Assembly (NCBI GenBank): GCA_951406725.2
Contig: OX597832.1
Location: 4,650,001 to 4,714,000 of the forward strand
Reading direction: 5' to 3'
From: Octopus vulgaris
Taxonomy: Eukaryota
Length of the DNA stretch: 64,000 nucleotides
Positions within the stretch are counted from its first letter, which is position 1, and every line of letters begins with the position of its first letter. The translations under genes and the position numbers were made by a program. The notes beneath the pieces were generated by a model. The model saw nothing but the letters and a program-made list of their open reading frames with translations. It made no database searches and was not told the origin of the DNA. Below, piece after piece: positions 13,320-25,757 of this stretch.

Positions 13320-14012
13320 GGTGCAGCTGTGGTTGTGAGGTGCAAGCCATAATAGTGAGGTTAAAAAAGTTTGCTGGTTTCAGGTTCAGTTCCAGCATCT
13401 CGCACCTTGAGCAAATGTCTTCTACTATAGCTCCACTCCAGGTCAACAAAAGTCTTGTGAGTGGATTTAGCAAACAGAAATTGAAAGAAGCACATTGTGT
13501 GTGTGTGTGTGTGAGTTATATGTGAGATTGAGTGTGTGTGTTTATGTCTCCTTGTTTTGACACCACATGATAGCTGTAAATGAGTGACAACGTTATGCAA
13601 ACAGTGTCATTCATTTCCAATATTCTTTTCTGCTCCAGGCACAAGGCCCGAAATTTTTAGGAGGGGACCAGTCAATTAGATTGACAAGAGTACACAATTG
13701 GTACTTAATTTATCGACCACGAAAGGTTGAAAGGTAAAGTTGACCTCAGCGGAGTTTGAACTCAGAATGTAAAGTTAGACAAAATACGGCTAAGTATTCA
13801 CCTGGCATGCTAACGTTTCTGCCAGCTTGCTGCCTTTCATTTCCTATATTCTGCAACAACATATCTGGCCATGGGATAATTTTATGTCGCTTGGAAATAG
13901 ATGAAGGTTTACAACAGGAAGGGCATCTGGCAAAAGAAAATCTACCTCAATAAACTCCATTCGATTCATGCAAGCATTGAAAATTAGGTATTAAAACGAT
14001 CGTCGTCGTCGT
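13320..14012 (+). mobile_element. Chimeric SINE (family A head plus RTE-type tail), interrupted by a family B SINE
   Basis: Family A head and core to about 13500, then gaagggcatctggc...catgcaagcattgaaaa...ttaaaacgat tail; same architecture uninterrupted at 50610-51070. Confidence 0.7.
13626..13837 (-). mobile_element. SINE family B inserted into another SINE, with 14-bp TSD
   Basis: Flanked by catttccaatattc and catttcctatattc. Confidence 0.85.
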
Positions 14013-14440
14013 CACAGGCTCCATATTTGTTACCATGAAAATGAGAGTGATGCCATGCCTACTTTGAAATAAGATTTGCACTTTTCCTCCAAATGTTATT
14101 CACATAAACATATTTCTCACTGAATAGTGAAGATCTGTAGCTCACTAAATAATTAGTATATTAGCTTGCCAACCCAAAAGCCAGTTGTCTGACAACTGTC
14201 ACCAGTGATGCACACAGTAAATGATAAAAGACTTAACTGTCAATATCTTTGCTTTGTAAATTGGCATCATTAAGTGGTCTTGATATAATTAATATAAGCA
14301 TTAAGAACATTATATAATTAGATGCTTCGTGAGTTTCAGTTTCAGAATTCAAATCCCACATGGGCAAAGACAACAAAAGAATGACAGTATTATCTAAGAA
14401 TGGAAAACTTTCTTAACTATATAGAATCATGGAATTTGGG

Positions 14441-14657
14441 TTAACTCATTAGCATTCAAATTACTCTATCAAATGTAATGCTTATTCATTTACATTGTTT
14501 TGAATTAATCTTGCATTATCTTGTAACTTCAAGATTTCAAGGATGTGATTGTTTCATTTTATAGGGTAGGTGTGAGAGGCAAAACCTTGTCAGTTTGAAC
14601 ATAAAAGAAACAGAATATTTGTGCTGCATATGGCCATTTAAAATGCTACAGGGTTAA
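14441..14657. mobile_element. TTAA-flanked piggyBac-type MITE
   Basis: TTAActcattagcatt...aatgctacagggTTAA; homologous to 11695 and 25758. Confidence 0.7.
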
Positions 14658-14949
14658 ACTTTATCATAACTGACCCACAACAGTTGATATACACTAACAT
14701 ATCTAATAAAATGTTCTGTTCAAACAGGTCCGATCAACAGCTTTATTCCAATATCTAAACTTAATCTTGCTTCATTAGTGTCCAAGGAATTCTTCCTCTC
14801 GCTGAATGGCGATGGATTCACAAGAACTGAAAAATAAATGAGTGATCACTATTTTACAGCTCTTTAGTTTGACCAAAATGTTCATTAGAAATTCAAGTCA
14901 TTAAAGTAATAACTGCATTGTTACCTAAACACTATTTTACCAACGATCT

Positions 14950-15308
14950 TGTCTTTTACTTGTTTCAGTCATTAGACTGCAGCCATGCTGGGACACTGCC
15001 TTGAAGGGCTTCAGTTGAATAAATCAACCTTAAGCCTAGTACTTATTCTATCAGTCTCTTTTGCCAATCCGCTAAGCTACGGGGGATTTAGACACACTAA
15101 CACTGGTTGTCAAGAAGTAGTGGGGGACAAAAGCACACACACACTCACACATATATACACATGATGGGCTTCTTTCAGTTTCCATCTACCAATCCACTCA
15201 CAAGGCTTTGGCTGGCCAAGGCTATAGTAGAAGTCCCATGCAGTGGGACTGAACTCAGAACGATGTGGCTGGGAAGCAAGCTTCTTATCACTCAGCCATG
15301 CCTGTGCC
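14950..15308 (-). mobile_element. SINE family A
   Basis: ttttacttgtttcagtcatt tail to gcagtgggactgaac head (reverse). Confidence 0.85.
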
Positions 15309-16379
15309 TATTGATAAAAATATCTATAAATGACATTCTTTAAGTTTAATGAAAAAATAATCCTATTCTTCTCAAGACAGTTCCATGCTTAAGAAAAAGA
15401 AATTTAACCAAATTGATTCAATACTCTTTGCAACTGTCATTTCCTGGTTTATTCTCATCACGTTTTTGTTCTTTATTCTGGTCTTTATTTACAAGCACAA
15501 CAATCTTTTTTTTTTTATGCTAAAGATTTCTTTTGTTTCACTATTTCACATTTCATACATACAATTCTCTATAATTTACCCTACAATGTGAAGAAATTTG
15601 ATGCTATTAGTAACATCTTTCTTTTGACATAAGCTTTGCATAATTTTCTTCTCAAAGAACATCAAAGAAAATATTGATCTTTACCAACAGTGTATTAGCT
15701 TTAAGGATAATATCCTTTGCATAATATGACTTATGCCAAAGTTTATGGAATTATTTTCCTGAGAACAACTTGAAGTTTATAATTCTAATACGATAGTCTG
15801 TCAACATATATTAGTAACAAATATCAAAAAATTAGCTCATGTGAAGTTATATTTGGAAGTAATTCCCATCCAAAATATTTTCAATGTTGTTATTGCTACA
15901 TTTCATAATACTTTCTCTTTGCTAAAATCCTCACTTTTCATTTCTCATGTCTGTTCACAACTTTCTCTCATCCTTTCTACATTTTTATATCAACTTCACT
16001 AATTTTATGTAAATCATAGTCATTCACAACTTTCTCAAGCTTCTTAACATCTTGAATCTTTATGTGCATCACTGATTTTATTATTTAACTGGTCTACAAG
16101 ATTACAGCCAGTTGTCGAAATGTTTTCCTACAATTTATTATTTTTCTCTACCTCAGACATCCTCTCACTAAGATTTATCAAATGTCCAAATAATATGTTA
16201 TAGCATTCAAAATCAATATTACATGTTTTAAACTAGAACAAGTTCTAATTAATAGGAAAACTTAAATGCCTTATATGTGTGTATCTTGCAGCTGTGATAT
16301 AAAATACTTCTCACAATCAAAATTATTATCAGTAAATTTCCATGATGGTGTCAGTCAGAACTGGTTTCTTTTTTTTTTT

Positions 16380-16732
16380 TACACATGGTTTTGGGTTTAA
16401 TCCCACTGTGTAGCACCTTAAGCAAGTGTCTTTACTATAGCCCTGGGCTGACCAAAGCCTTCTGAGTGGATTTGGTAGATGGAAACTGGAAGAAACTTGT
16501 CATATATATTTATTTGTGTCTGTGTATATTTATGTTTGTCTCCCACCACTGCTTGACAACTGGTGTTAGTTTGTTTGTGGCCCCATAACTTATCAGTGTG
16601 CAAAAAGTGACCGACAGAATAAGCACCAGGTTTTAAAATAAGCACTGGGATTGATTTGTTGGACTAAAACCCTTCAAGGCAATGCCCCAGCAGGGCTACA
16701 GTCCAATGATTGGCACAGGTAAATGATAAAAA
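16380..16732 (+). mobile_element. SINE family A
   Basis: aagcaagtgtctttactatagccc core, gagtggatttggtagatggaaactg block, tail. Confidence 0.8.
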
Positions 16733-17034
16733 GCAAAGACAATAATGGTAGAAATTTGATTCTAAACATATTGGAAAAATATTTACTTCCTAAAGTCCTG
16801 TACTACAAATAAGCACAATCGACACCAAATCCTGAACTCCATACAACTAAACAGCAATTCTGGGCTATGAAACAGAAACTAAGCACTCTTCTATCAAAAG
16901 ACATCCTCTTCACATCTTGTGTATTTGTATTTGTTGTTTATCCAATGAATTTCTTCAGATTTTTTTCTTGCTTCAGGTTTTGGGCATCATGATCAGCAAT
17001 ACCTGAAGCAGTGAGTTAGAAATCAATAATAATG

Positions 17035-17491
17035 ATTTCAAATTTTAACACAAGGTCAGCAATTTCAGGGGAGGGAGTAATATGGTTACATCAACCCCAC
17101 TGCTCAGCTGGTATTTATTTTATCAATTCCAGGAGGGATGAAAGGTAAAGTTGACCTCGGTGGAATTTGAACTCAGAACATAAGAGACAAAATGCCACTA
17201 AGCATTTTCTCCAGCATGGTAACAATTCTGCCAGCTCACCACCTTAAAGAATTCAGTAATATTCTGTTCTATAACAGGCACAAGGCCTAAAAATTAGGAG
17301 GAGGGGGCTAGTCAATTAAATTGACCCCAGTGCATTACTGGTACTTATTTCAATGACCCCCCCCCCAAAAAAAAAAAAATGAAAGGCAAAGTCAGCCTTG
17401 GCAGGATTTGAGATCAGAAAGTAAGGACAGACAAAATGCCACTAAGTATTTTTCCCAGTCTGCTAATGATTCTGCTAGCTCACCGCCTTAA
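17035..17491 (-). mobile_element. Two tandem family B SINEs (about 17035-17246 and 17263-17491)
   Basis: Both end in gctcaccNccttaaagaattcagt on the + strand; their 3' tails are different subfamily variants. Confidence 0.8.
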
Positions 17492-18213
17492 AGAATTCAG
17501 TTATATAATTAATGATTTAATTAGACAAAGCTTGGGTTTGGACAAGATATTTCAGTATCATCTCTACGCACCAGAGATCAGTGATTCTGATTGGAATTTA
17601 ATCTGGATTTAATGAGCAGTAATAACAAAGCCGATTCTGAGCAAGAGTGGGATGATCATCTAGTTGATTATTGCTTTCGTTAGTGATGTGGGCTCTACAA
17701 ATCCTTTGAATGTAGAAGCAAAACTCACTGAATATTTTCTTAACTTTTTCCTCAAGGAATATTGGGCAGGATATATGATGAGACCAAAAGTATGCATGTC
17801 AACAGGGCAACAGCACCTTTATTACATGAATGGAGAAGATGGGGGCATATCTTGGAATGCATTTTCTTAATGAAAGTTGTGCAGCTTCAAAGTTAAAAAG
17901 TCTACTGGAACACAAGTTCAGCTTTGAGAAAGAAAATCGATGCCCAGGAATTGTTATCTTATACATATATGTTAACACACCACCTGTAATTGGGAAACAG
18001 TGATATGACAATAGGTAAAAATCAACAACAACCAGTAAAAATTACATTTGCAATGTACACTAATAATCCAATAACCATGTTTAATCCAAACTCATGCAAT
18101 AGTTATATTTCCATGACTTTTATACTAGAATAACTGCAGTTTCTTCAAAATCTCTAGTTTCTAACAGGATTGGGAGATTTACATAGAGAAAGCACTACAT
18201 CAGTTAAAGAGTT

Positions 18214-18928
18214 CATCATCATCATTTAACGTTTGCTTTCCATGCTAGCATGAGTTTGACGATTTTGATTGAGGGCTGGTGAGCCAGATGGCTGCATTAG
18301 GCTCCAATCTTAATCTGGCAGAGTTTCTACAGCTGGATGCTCTTCCTAACGCCAACCACTCTGAGAGTGCAGTGGCTGCTTTTTACGTACCACCGGCAAG
18401 TGGGCCAGTCAGACAGTACTGGCAATGACCTCGCTCAAATCTCTTTACATGTGCCACCGGCACAGGTGCCAGTGAAGCGACGTTGGTAATGATCACACTC
18501 GAATGGTGCCCTTGTACGTGCCACGGGTACGGAAGCCAGTTGGCTGCTCTGGCAACGATCACGCTCGGATGGTGCTCTTGGCACCCTACTAGCACAAGCA
18601 TAAGTGCCAGTAAGGCGACGCTGGTAACGATCATACTCGAATAGCCGCTCTGTCAATGATCACACTCGTATGGTGCTCTTTGCACCCTGCTAGCACAGGT
18701 GCCAGTCATCGAATTGATTTTGATTTGATTTTGATTTCACTTGCCTCAACAGGTCTTCGCAAGCAGAGTTTAGTGACCAAAGAAGGAAAAGATATGCATA
18801 GGCCACAGGTTATGGTCTCATTTGGCTTGCCGGGTCTTCTCGAGCGCAACATATTTCCAAAAGTCTTGGTTGCTAGTCATTTCCTTGGTGAGGCCTAATG
18901 TTCAAAGGTCGTGCTTCACCACTTCATC
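18214..18928 (-). mobile_element. RTE LINE 3' end with about six internal 55-60 bp tandem units
   Basis: Same terminus as 1289; last RT codons DEVVKHDL..LGLTKEMT..FWKYV at about 18845-18928; repeats at 18375-18710. Confidence 0.8.
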
Positions 18929-19229
18929 AAAATGTATAAATATATAAATAAATAAAGTAAATAACAGGCTTCTTAGAGATTACAAACCAAGTAAGTTTAC
19001 TCTTGATTAATGAGAAAAAAGTTAGTTATATGAAAAATATAATGCTTGTACTGGCCTTTCTGTAAATTATTTTCAGTTTAATTTTAATCAAATTCATTCG
19101 AAAATCCTATAGGAAAAAACGTCACCTTGCTTTCTATTTTGATATGGAATTTCAAAAACATTGAAAAAGAAAAAATTCAATACAATACGGAAAGTCATAT
19201 CTAAAGCTAAATCTGATGCTGCTATAAGT

Positions 19230-19457
19230 TTAACCCTTTTATTACTGTATTTATTTTGAGATATTCTGTGTTTCTTTCACTTACGTTAAATATAACAAAG
19301 AATTTAGTAAAATCACTTAGTTATCATTCAACTAGTGTTAGGAACATAAATTGTAACTAAGGTTTGGTAGAAGATTTTAATTCAAAATTTATGAAAACAA
19401 GACATTTGCACTCAAAGCAAGAGCCGGTTTCAGCCGGGTTGGTACTGAAAGGGTTAA
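19230..19457. mobile_element. TTAA-flanked piggyBac-type MITE, second family
   Basis: TTAAcccttttattac...gtactgaaagggTTAA terminal inverted repeats. Confidence 0.75.
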
Positions 19458-19938
19458 GTGTGCTAGGAAATTCTCCTTGCAAAGGTGCCTATTTTCAACA
19501 GACATTCAGAAAATATTGTTTACTGCCATCATAAAATATTCAAGACATACAGATGTTTACAACCAATTTCACACCTCAATAGGTAATTTTTAATTCATCT
19601 TACACATTTATATATATGTTACTATTCCAACTTGACCATTATTTATACTAGTTTAACCAAACATATACAACTTTTTCAGCATGTCTTTATAACTTACTTA
19701 CATGCCAGCATCCAACAGCATCAAATTTATTATCACCTAATAATTTCTCATTATCTCCTTTTACTGCATATATCCATATTCATACACAATCTTGTTATGC
19801 TTTTTTTAATGTAATTGTTTATATGTTTGTCTTTATGCAGCTATTAAGAACTATACATATAAGCATGTATGTGTGGATGTGCATGTCTGTGTGCGCATGA
19901 ATCTAAATATAAATTTAACTATAAGCATTTATCTATAT

Positions 19939-21103
19939 AAGGTGTTTGGGTTAAATTTGACAATTTTTATGTGCCCCACCCCTTTTATTTTTATTTTTAG
20001 GAACAGCTTGATGTACTGGTGAACAGTCAATGGTGTTGGAGAGTATAAAGATTATAGTTCAGAAAAAAATTAGCTGACATGCTGGAAAAGAATTTCTTGT
20101 ATCGCGATGATTCATGCAAGGTATCAAAAGGTCAATGTCATGATGGCTGCTCAATGCTCTGTAACCGGTGTAAAAGCTGTAAGACATGACGTGGGCAGTT
20201 AGCAGGGACACAGCAGGTCCTCTGGCTGTATCATGTGCTTGAATTCATCCAACTGCAGGACAAGGTGATGGAATATCCAAGCAAGGGAATCTGGGCTTTG
20301 GTGAAAGATGAGTGTTGAAGTCACTATCATGAAGCTGGTCCCGAATGAAGACCTGAGCTACCACTCATACAAGAGGTGCAAGGGATAAATTCTGACAGCC
20401 AAGGCCAAAGAGAACCATTTGAATGAAGCTAAAGAAGCTCCTGAATAAGATGAGGCATCCTGTTGAACAGGGAATGATCTGGTTCTCAGATGAAAATGAT
20501 TTCTCTAAGGACCAGTTGCACAATACCCAGAACAACAGGTGGCCTGCCTACAAGCCATATGATGGTGTTTGGCTGTGCCTCCAGTGAGGGATATGTTATA
20601 CCATCCCACATCTTTGAACAAAGCCTTAGGCTCAATTCAGATATCAAGGTGAAGCTGCTGGTGAGGATTGTTGCTGGAAGGCCATATGTGTGGCAGCAGG
20701 GTTCAGCTCCTTACTGTTCCTCCAGGAAGAGTCAGAAGTGGTTGTTGGAGAATTGCTACAACTTCACCAGCCCTAATTCCTGGTCTCCTAATCTCCCCAA
20801 ATGAAATCCTATAGATTACTATGTGTGGTGAGAAAGACACCAACCACTCGACTTGCAACACCAAGGCTGAGCTTGTGTCCAAGATCAAAGAGATATCTGA
20901 AGATCTTCCTAGAGACACAGCGAGGAACACATGAGCCACATTCCAGAGCTTTCCTGGGACCAGGGTGGAAGCAGAGGGCAGCTACTTTCAGAAAGGTGTG
21001 TTACCCCCTAGCCATAATCTAGTTGATAGTTTTTATTCTTGGATGGTATATTATGTTTTCTTTTCCTCTTATTCAAACTTTCAAATTTAGCCCCAAAATC
21101 CTG
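19939..21103 (+). mobile_element. Decayed Tc1/mariner-superfamily transposon, maT (DD37D)-like
   Basis: TIRs aggtgtttgggttaaatttgaca / tttcaaatttagccccaaaatcctg with TA flanks; IWFSDE, MMVFGC.SSEG, YVWQQGSAP, WSPNLPK*NPIDYYVW transposase motifs with frameshifts. Confidence 0.8.
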
Positions 21104-21194
21104 TATATCATTCTAAACACATTTGCTGGGGTAAGTATTCTTGATGTGCATGTATATCTATATTAATTAGTATTTATTTGCATATGTGTACGTG

Positions 21195-21247
<53 letters not shown>

Positions 21248-21311
21248 TGGCAAAAACGGTAAGATAACAGAAGAAAGAAAGAGACCTCAATATTATGTAA
21301 ATAGAGGAATT

Positions 21312-21468
21312 TATCTGTAAATATAATATGTGACAATTATTCGGTAGCCAAGATAAACCTCTGAGTTTCGGATGCTGAGGTGGAAATCCACACCACCATC
21401 TCTTCAGTTATCCGGATAACATATATATCTTGGGTACGAATAACTGTCACATATTATATTTACAGATA
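21312..21468. repeat. Inverted repeat (about 43-bp arms) enclosing a hammerhead motif
   Basis: atctgtaaatataatatgtgacaattattcggtagccaagata versus tatcttgggtacgaataactgtcacatattatatttacagat. Confidence 0.85.
21351..21412 (-). ncRNA. Minimal type I hammerhead ribozyme motif, near intact
   Basis: Minus strand GGATAA-CTGAAGA-GATGgtggtGTGGAttTCCACctcagCATC-C-GAAA-CTCaGAG-GT-TTATCT; stems I, II and III present; cleavage triplet non-canonical (U16.1 replaced by G). Confidence 0.7.
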
Positions 21469-21965
21469 TATATGTATATATATCATCATCATCATCCTTT
21501 AACATCTGTTTTCTATGAAATGGATGGTCTGACAAGAGCTTGCAAGCTAGAGGACTACACCGGGCTTTATTTACTGTATGTTTTTGGCATGGGTTTTACA
21601 TACACACACACATACTTCTTTATATGTGTAGGTATGTATGTATATCTTTTCCAGAAAATAATGCAGGTTTGCAAATTTGTGTGTAAATGTGCATGTATGT
21701 AGAAAAACAGATTTGAAGAATTGAGGCAAATAAAAAAGAGAAACAGATCAAAAGAGCTGTGAATGTGTGAAAAGTAGGCAGAGTTAGAAAAAAAAAAGTC
21801 TTTATTCAACATAATATGGAGGAACACAGATTGGATGAAGATTGAGCTGATAAACTACACAAAAGGGGTTTTAATTTGAATCAACTAATTCATTCAAGCA
21901 TTGGTAAAATGTTCAGTTATAAATTCAATATATAATGCAGTTAGAAGTATTTAGGGAATATCATT

Positions 21966-21996
21966 CATATATGTATATCATAAATATATATATGTG

Positions 21997-22038
<42 letters not shown>

Positions 22039-22387
22039 CACATATATATATATACATATATATATGTGTGTGTGTGCGTGTGTATGTGTATATGTAAGTA
22101 TGTACATACATATATGTTATATAAATGCATATATATGTATATACATACACATGTTATATACATACATATGTATGCATATATACATACACATATACATATA
22201 TACACACACATATACATGTATACATACATATATATACACATATACATACACACACATATATACACACACACATACATGTATACATACATATATATACACA
22301 TACATACACATATATACACACACACATACTTGTGTACATATATATATACATATATATGTATACATATATATGTATACATATATATGT

Positions 22388-22426
<39 letters not shown>

Positions 22427-22582
22427 CAGATGCATACATACATATATATATATATACATATATATACATATATATATATACATATATATTATATACATAC
22501 ATACATACATATATATACATACATATATGTATATACATACCCACACATACATATACACACATATATGTATATAGACACACAT
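21966..22582. repeat. Compound (TA)n/(CA)n/(TACA)n microsatellite, about 600 bp
   Basis: Directly visible; explains the six long Y/I/H/T-rich ORFs. Confidence 0.97.
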
Positions 22583-22946
22583 AAGCAGGGTTAATGCATA
22601 ATCACTGACGTTAGAAAATTTAAATTGCACATATTATTGTGGAAACATTTGAAATGAATGAATTTATAGATAAATGAAAAGTAAAAAGATTATTTTTACA
22701 AGATTAATAAGTAAGTGGATTTACACTTGATTAGTTACAAAATCGGTTAGAGATTTTAATTTGGGAAATGCAGTTATTTAATTAACAACCATAAGCATAT
22801 ACTTAACACTCGTAATTGCAGCCAGCAGAAATAAATTGAATATAAAACTAAACACTGAATAGAAAGGAGAGGGGTTAAGTTTGATTATAAGAACGAGGAA
22901 TAAAGCTAGATAGATAAATACAAATTATTACAAATTCATATATATA

Positions 22947-22995
<49 letters not shown>

Positions 22996-22998
<3 letters not shown>

Positions 22999-24037
22999 TG
23001 AACTACAAAAGAAACGTTGCACTGTAAAATATGATACAATGCCACAAACAGCATAGATGATTGTCCATGCAGTGGCTGACCAAGGGTTACAACAGCACAT
23101 GAAGATCTCCACCTGCACTGGTAGCACTTGCAGGACCAATTCCAGAGAGTAACAGAATCAGCTAGGCAGACCATAGGGATTCACCACAGACCCATTTGAG
23201 TAGAGAGAGTTCACCACCAGCTGATCTCTTTCAATCTGTCTTGTTGATGTCCAACTTGGGGCCTCATCCTCACAGATGGGCACATCTGCAGTGGGTTCAA
23301 AAACATCAGAACTGACAATACCAGCAGTGGAGGACTGTAGTCTTCTCTGACAAAAGTCAATAATGCATTTCTGTGGTAGATGGCAGAGCTAGGGTTTGGA
23401 GAAGAAGGGGTGAACATCATGCCAATGCCTGTGTGGTGGAGAGAGACTCATGGAGAGGACAGAGCATCATGGTATGGGGTGGGATTGCAATCAACCAGAA
23501 ACTTGGACCAGTGGTCTTCCAAAACATCAGCCAAGGCTGGGGTAGTAGAGTAACTGCTGCTCACTACATCAACCAAGTGTTGAGGCCTAACATTGTGCCA
23601 ACAGCACAACATCCAGACACTGCCATGGCCTGCCCTAAGTCCATACTTGAACTCAATAGAGCAACTGTGGGACGAAATCCAAAGAAGGCTAAATGATATC
23701 TGTCCAAGGCCAACAAATGCAGTACAACTCATTGCAAGTTTTAACACTGCTATCCCCGTGGCCTTCATCAATCATTTGGTGCATTTAATGTACAGAAGAT
23801 GCCTGGTGGTAATCAATGCTAATGGAGGTCACACGAGATATTGAGTTCATCTCTTTGGATCCAGGATACTCCGTCATCATGTGACATCATGTGATGTCAA
23901 ACATGTTTCAGGAAATGAAGTTTTATCATTAGGAAAGAACAGTTTCTTAAGTAGCACCCTTCAATCAATTCTATGGCAGACTGTTAATAAACCAGTTTCT
24001 ATTTAGTATGTGTGCGACATTTTTTTGTAGTTCAGTA
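22996..24037 (+). mobile_element. Decayed Tc1 (DD34E) transposon
   Basis: 27-bp TIRs cactgaactacaaaagaaacgttgcac / gtgcgacatttttttgtagttcagta with TA flanks; WRTVVFSD, RVWRRRGE, SIMVWGGI, WPALSPYLNSIEQLW, GGHTRY; the segment carrying the second catalytic D appears deleted. Confidence 0.9.
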
Positions 24038-24099
24038 TATATGTGTGCATGTCTTCACACATGCATGTATAAAAGCATGTGTGTATATGTGTGTGCGTG

Positions 24100-24139
<40 letters not shown>

Positions 24140-24224
24140 TGTATTATTGATAACACCTAATAGAAAATGCTTCTCTTCCATTCACCCTGGTGAATGTAGC
24201 TTTGGCCAGAAGGAATTAATGTAA

Positions 24225-24613
24225 TCAGACTGTACCAAAAGATCATTGGATGTTTTGACCCTGAACAGTAACACCCTCATGTGTTGAGAGGAATTATTTG
24301 GGGTTTGAATAATTCATCTCTGGAAACATGGGTGTTTTGTTCAACATCCTAAAACGACCCTTATTCAGGGACCTTTTGAGCGGGATGGACTACTCGAACA
24401 GAAGAAAATTCTAACTGGGCCCTACCTGCAAGGTCATGTGCTGTTTATCTTGATATGAGATCACCATGTTATGCACATATGGTTGTGATGCATGTGCCTA
24501 GTGTACCCTTATCAGACGGGTAGTCATGATGGGTATACTGGGCTTTGTATATTTTACTCCAGTGTCACTTTGATGGCATGCACTGCTCTCTCACTCAATA
24601 ATAATAATAATAA
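24225..24613 (+). mobile_element. Retroelement 3' segment ending in an (AAT)n tail, family unassigned
   Basis: GC-richer block ending ctctctcactc(aat)n. Confidence 0.45.
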
Positions 24614-24619
24614 TGTTAA

Positions 24620-25095
24620 TGTTTTCTTTATTAACCACTAAGGGTTCACAAAAACATTGGGGCTGGTACAGGATAACAGAATGTGGGGTTACATAAAGGT
24701 GTGTAAGATGTAAAAAGTAGTAACGATATAAAATTTTAACAATGGATAATTCCCCAAAACATGGAAACTTCCTAAGCTACTTGCAGAGACCCCACAAAAC
24801 CAGTATTACCCTGACCACTATGGTAAGTGCCCTCTCCTCACTGTCTTCCTACAACCTACAGGTGCATGCTTAGAGTAAGCTCATTCACTCAGATCATATT
24901 TGCTACATTCACACACCTTTTAACAAAATTGCTGGGAGGCAGCACTTTCCCCGCCTCTACCCTCACTTTCCTTTTCAAATGAAACTTGAAAGGGTTGATG
25001 AGGATTTGGCCAAAGAGGAGATAAATCTGTCTTCAGCCCGCTCAATCTGGTTCACCACACAACCTCTTTCACTGAGGCCACTAGGCAAAGAAACA
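24620..25095 (-). mobile_element. L1/Tx1-like LINE 3' end
   Basis: Minus translation FLCLVASVKEVVW*TR...FKFHLKRKVRVE...FVKRCVNVA..LSMHL*, followed by AATAAA and an (ATT)n tract. Confidence 0.55.
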
Positions 25096-25252
25096 ATTTA
25101 TATTTTCAACAGAGACATTTGATAACACCATTTTCTATCATTAATAAAATTGTTGGTAATTTTGACAACACAGGTATGGCAGTAATAATAATAATAATAG
25201 TAATAACAATATTAATTAATTAATCAATAATAATAATAATAATAATAATAAT

Positions 25253-25680
25253 GGTTTCAAATTTTAGCACAAGGCCAGCAATTTCCAGGTAGTGGGGTAA
25301 GTCAATTATATCAACTCCCAGTGCTCAATGGGTACTAAAGATGAAAGGCAAAATTGACTTTGGCAGAATTTGAACTCAGAACATAGAGACGGACAAAATA
25401 TTGTTAAGCATTTTACCCAGCATGCTAGTAACTCTACCAGTTCACTGCTTTTGAATAATAATGATAATGATGATGATGATAGTTTCAAATTTTGGCACAA
25501 GGTCAGCAATTTTGAGAGGAGGGGCTTAGTCAATGCCATCAACCCCAGCACTTGATTGGTACTTTGTTCTGTTGACCCAATAAAGATGAAAGGTTAAGCT
25601 AACCTAACCAGGAATTCAATTCAATGTAAAGAGCTGGAAGAAATACTTCGAGGCATTTTTTCCAATACTTTAACGATTCT
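25253..25680 (-). mobile_element. Two tandem family B SINEs with (ATT)n/(ATC)n tails
   Basis: tttcaaattttNgcacaaggNcagcaattt at about 25254 and 25483. Confidence 0.75.
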
Positions 25681-25757
25681 AGTTTGAAATGCATTTTAGA
25701 TGTATTTTTAGATGCATAGTATTATATATAGAAAAATTACTAGGACTGTAATATATG

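Noticed and set aside
15600-16230. Possible decayed transposase on the minus strand (also 7560-8860, 11940-12560 and 58800-59760)
   Set aside because: Too many stops; no motif secure enough to name by eye
21935-22630. Six long ORFs (108-219 aa)
   Set aside because: Translations of a TA/CA microsatellite that cannot form stop codons; not genes
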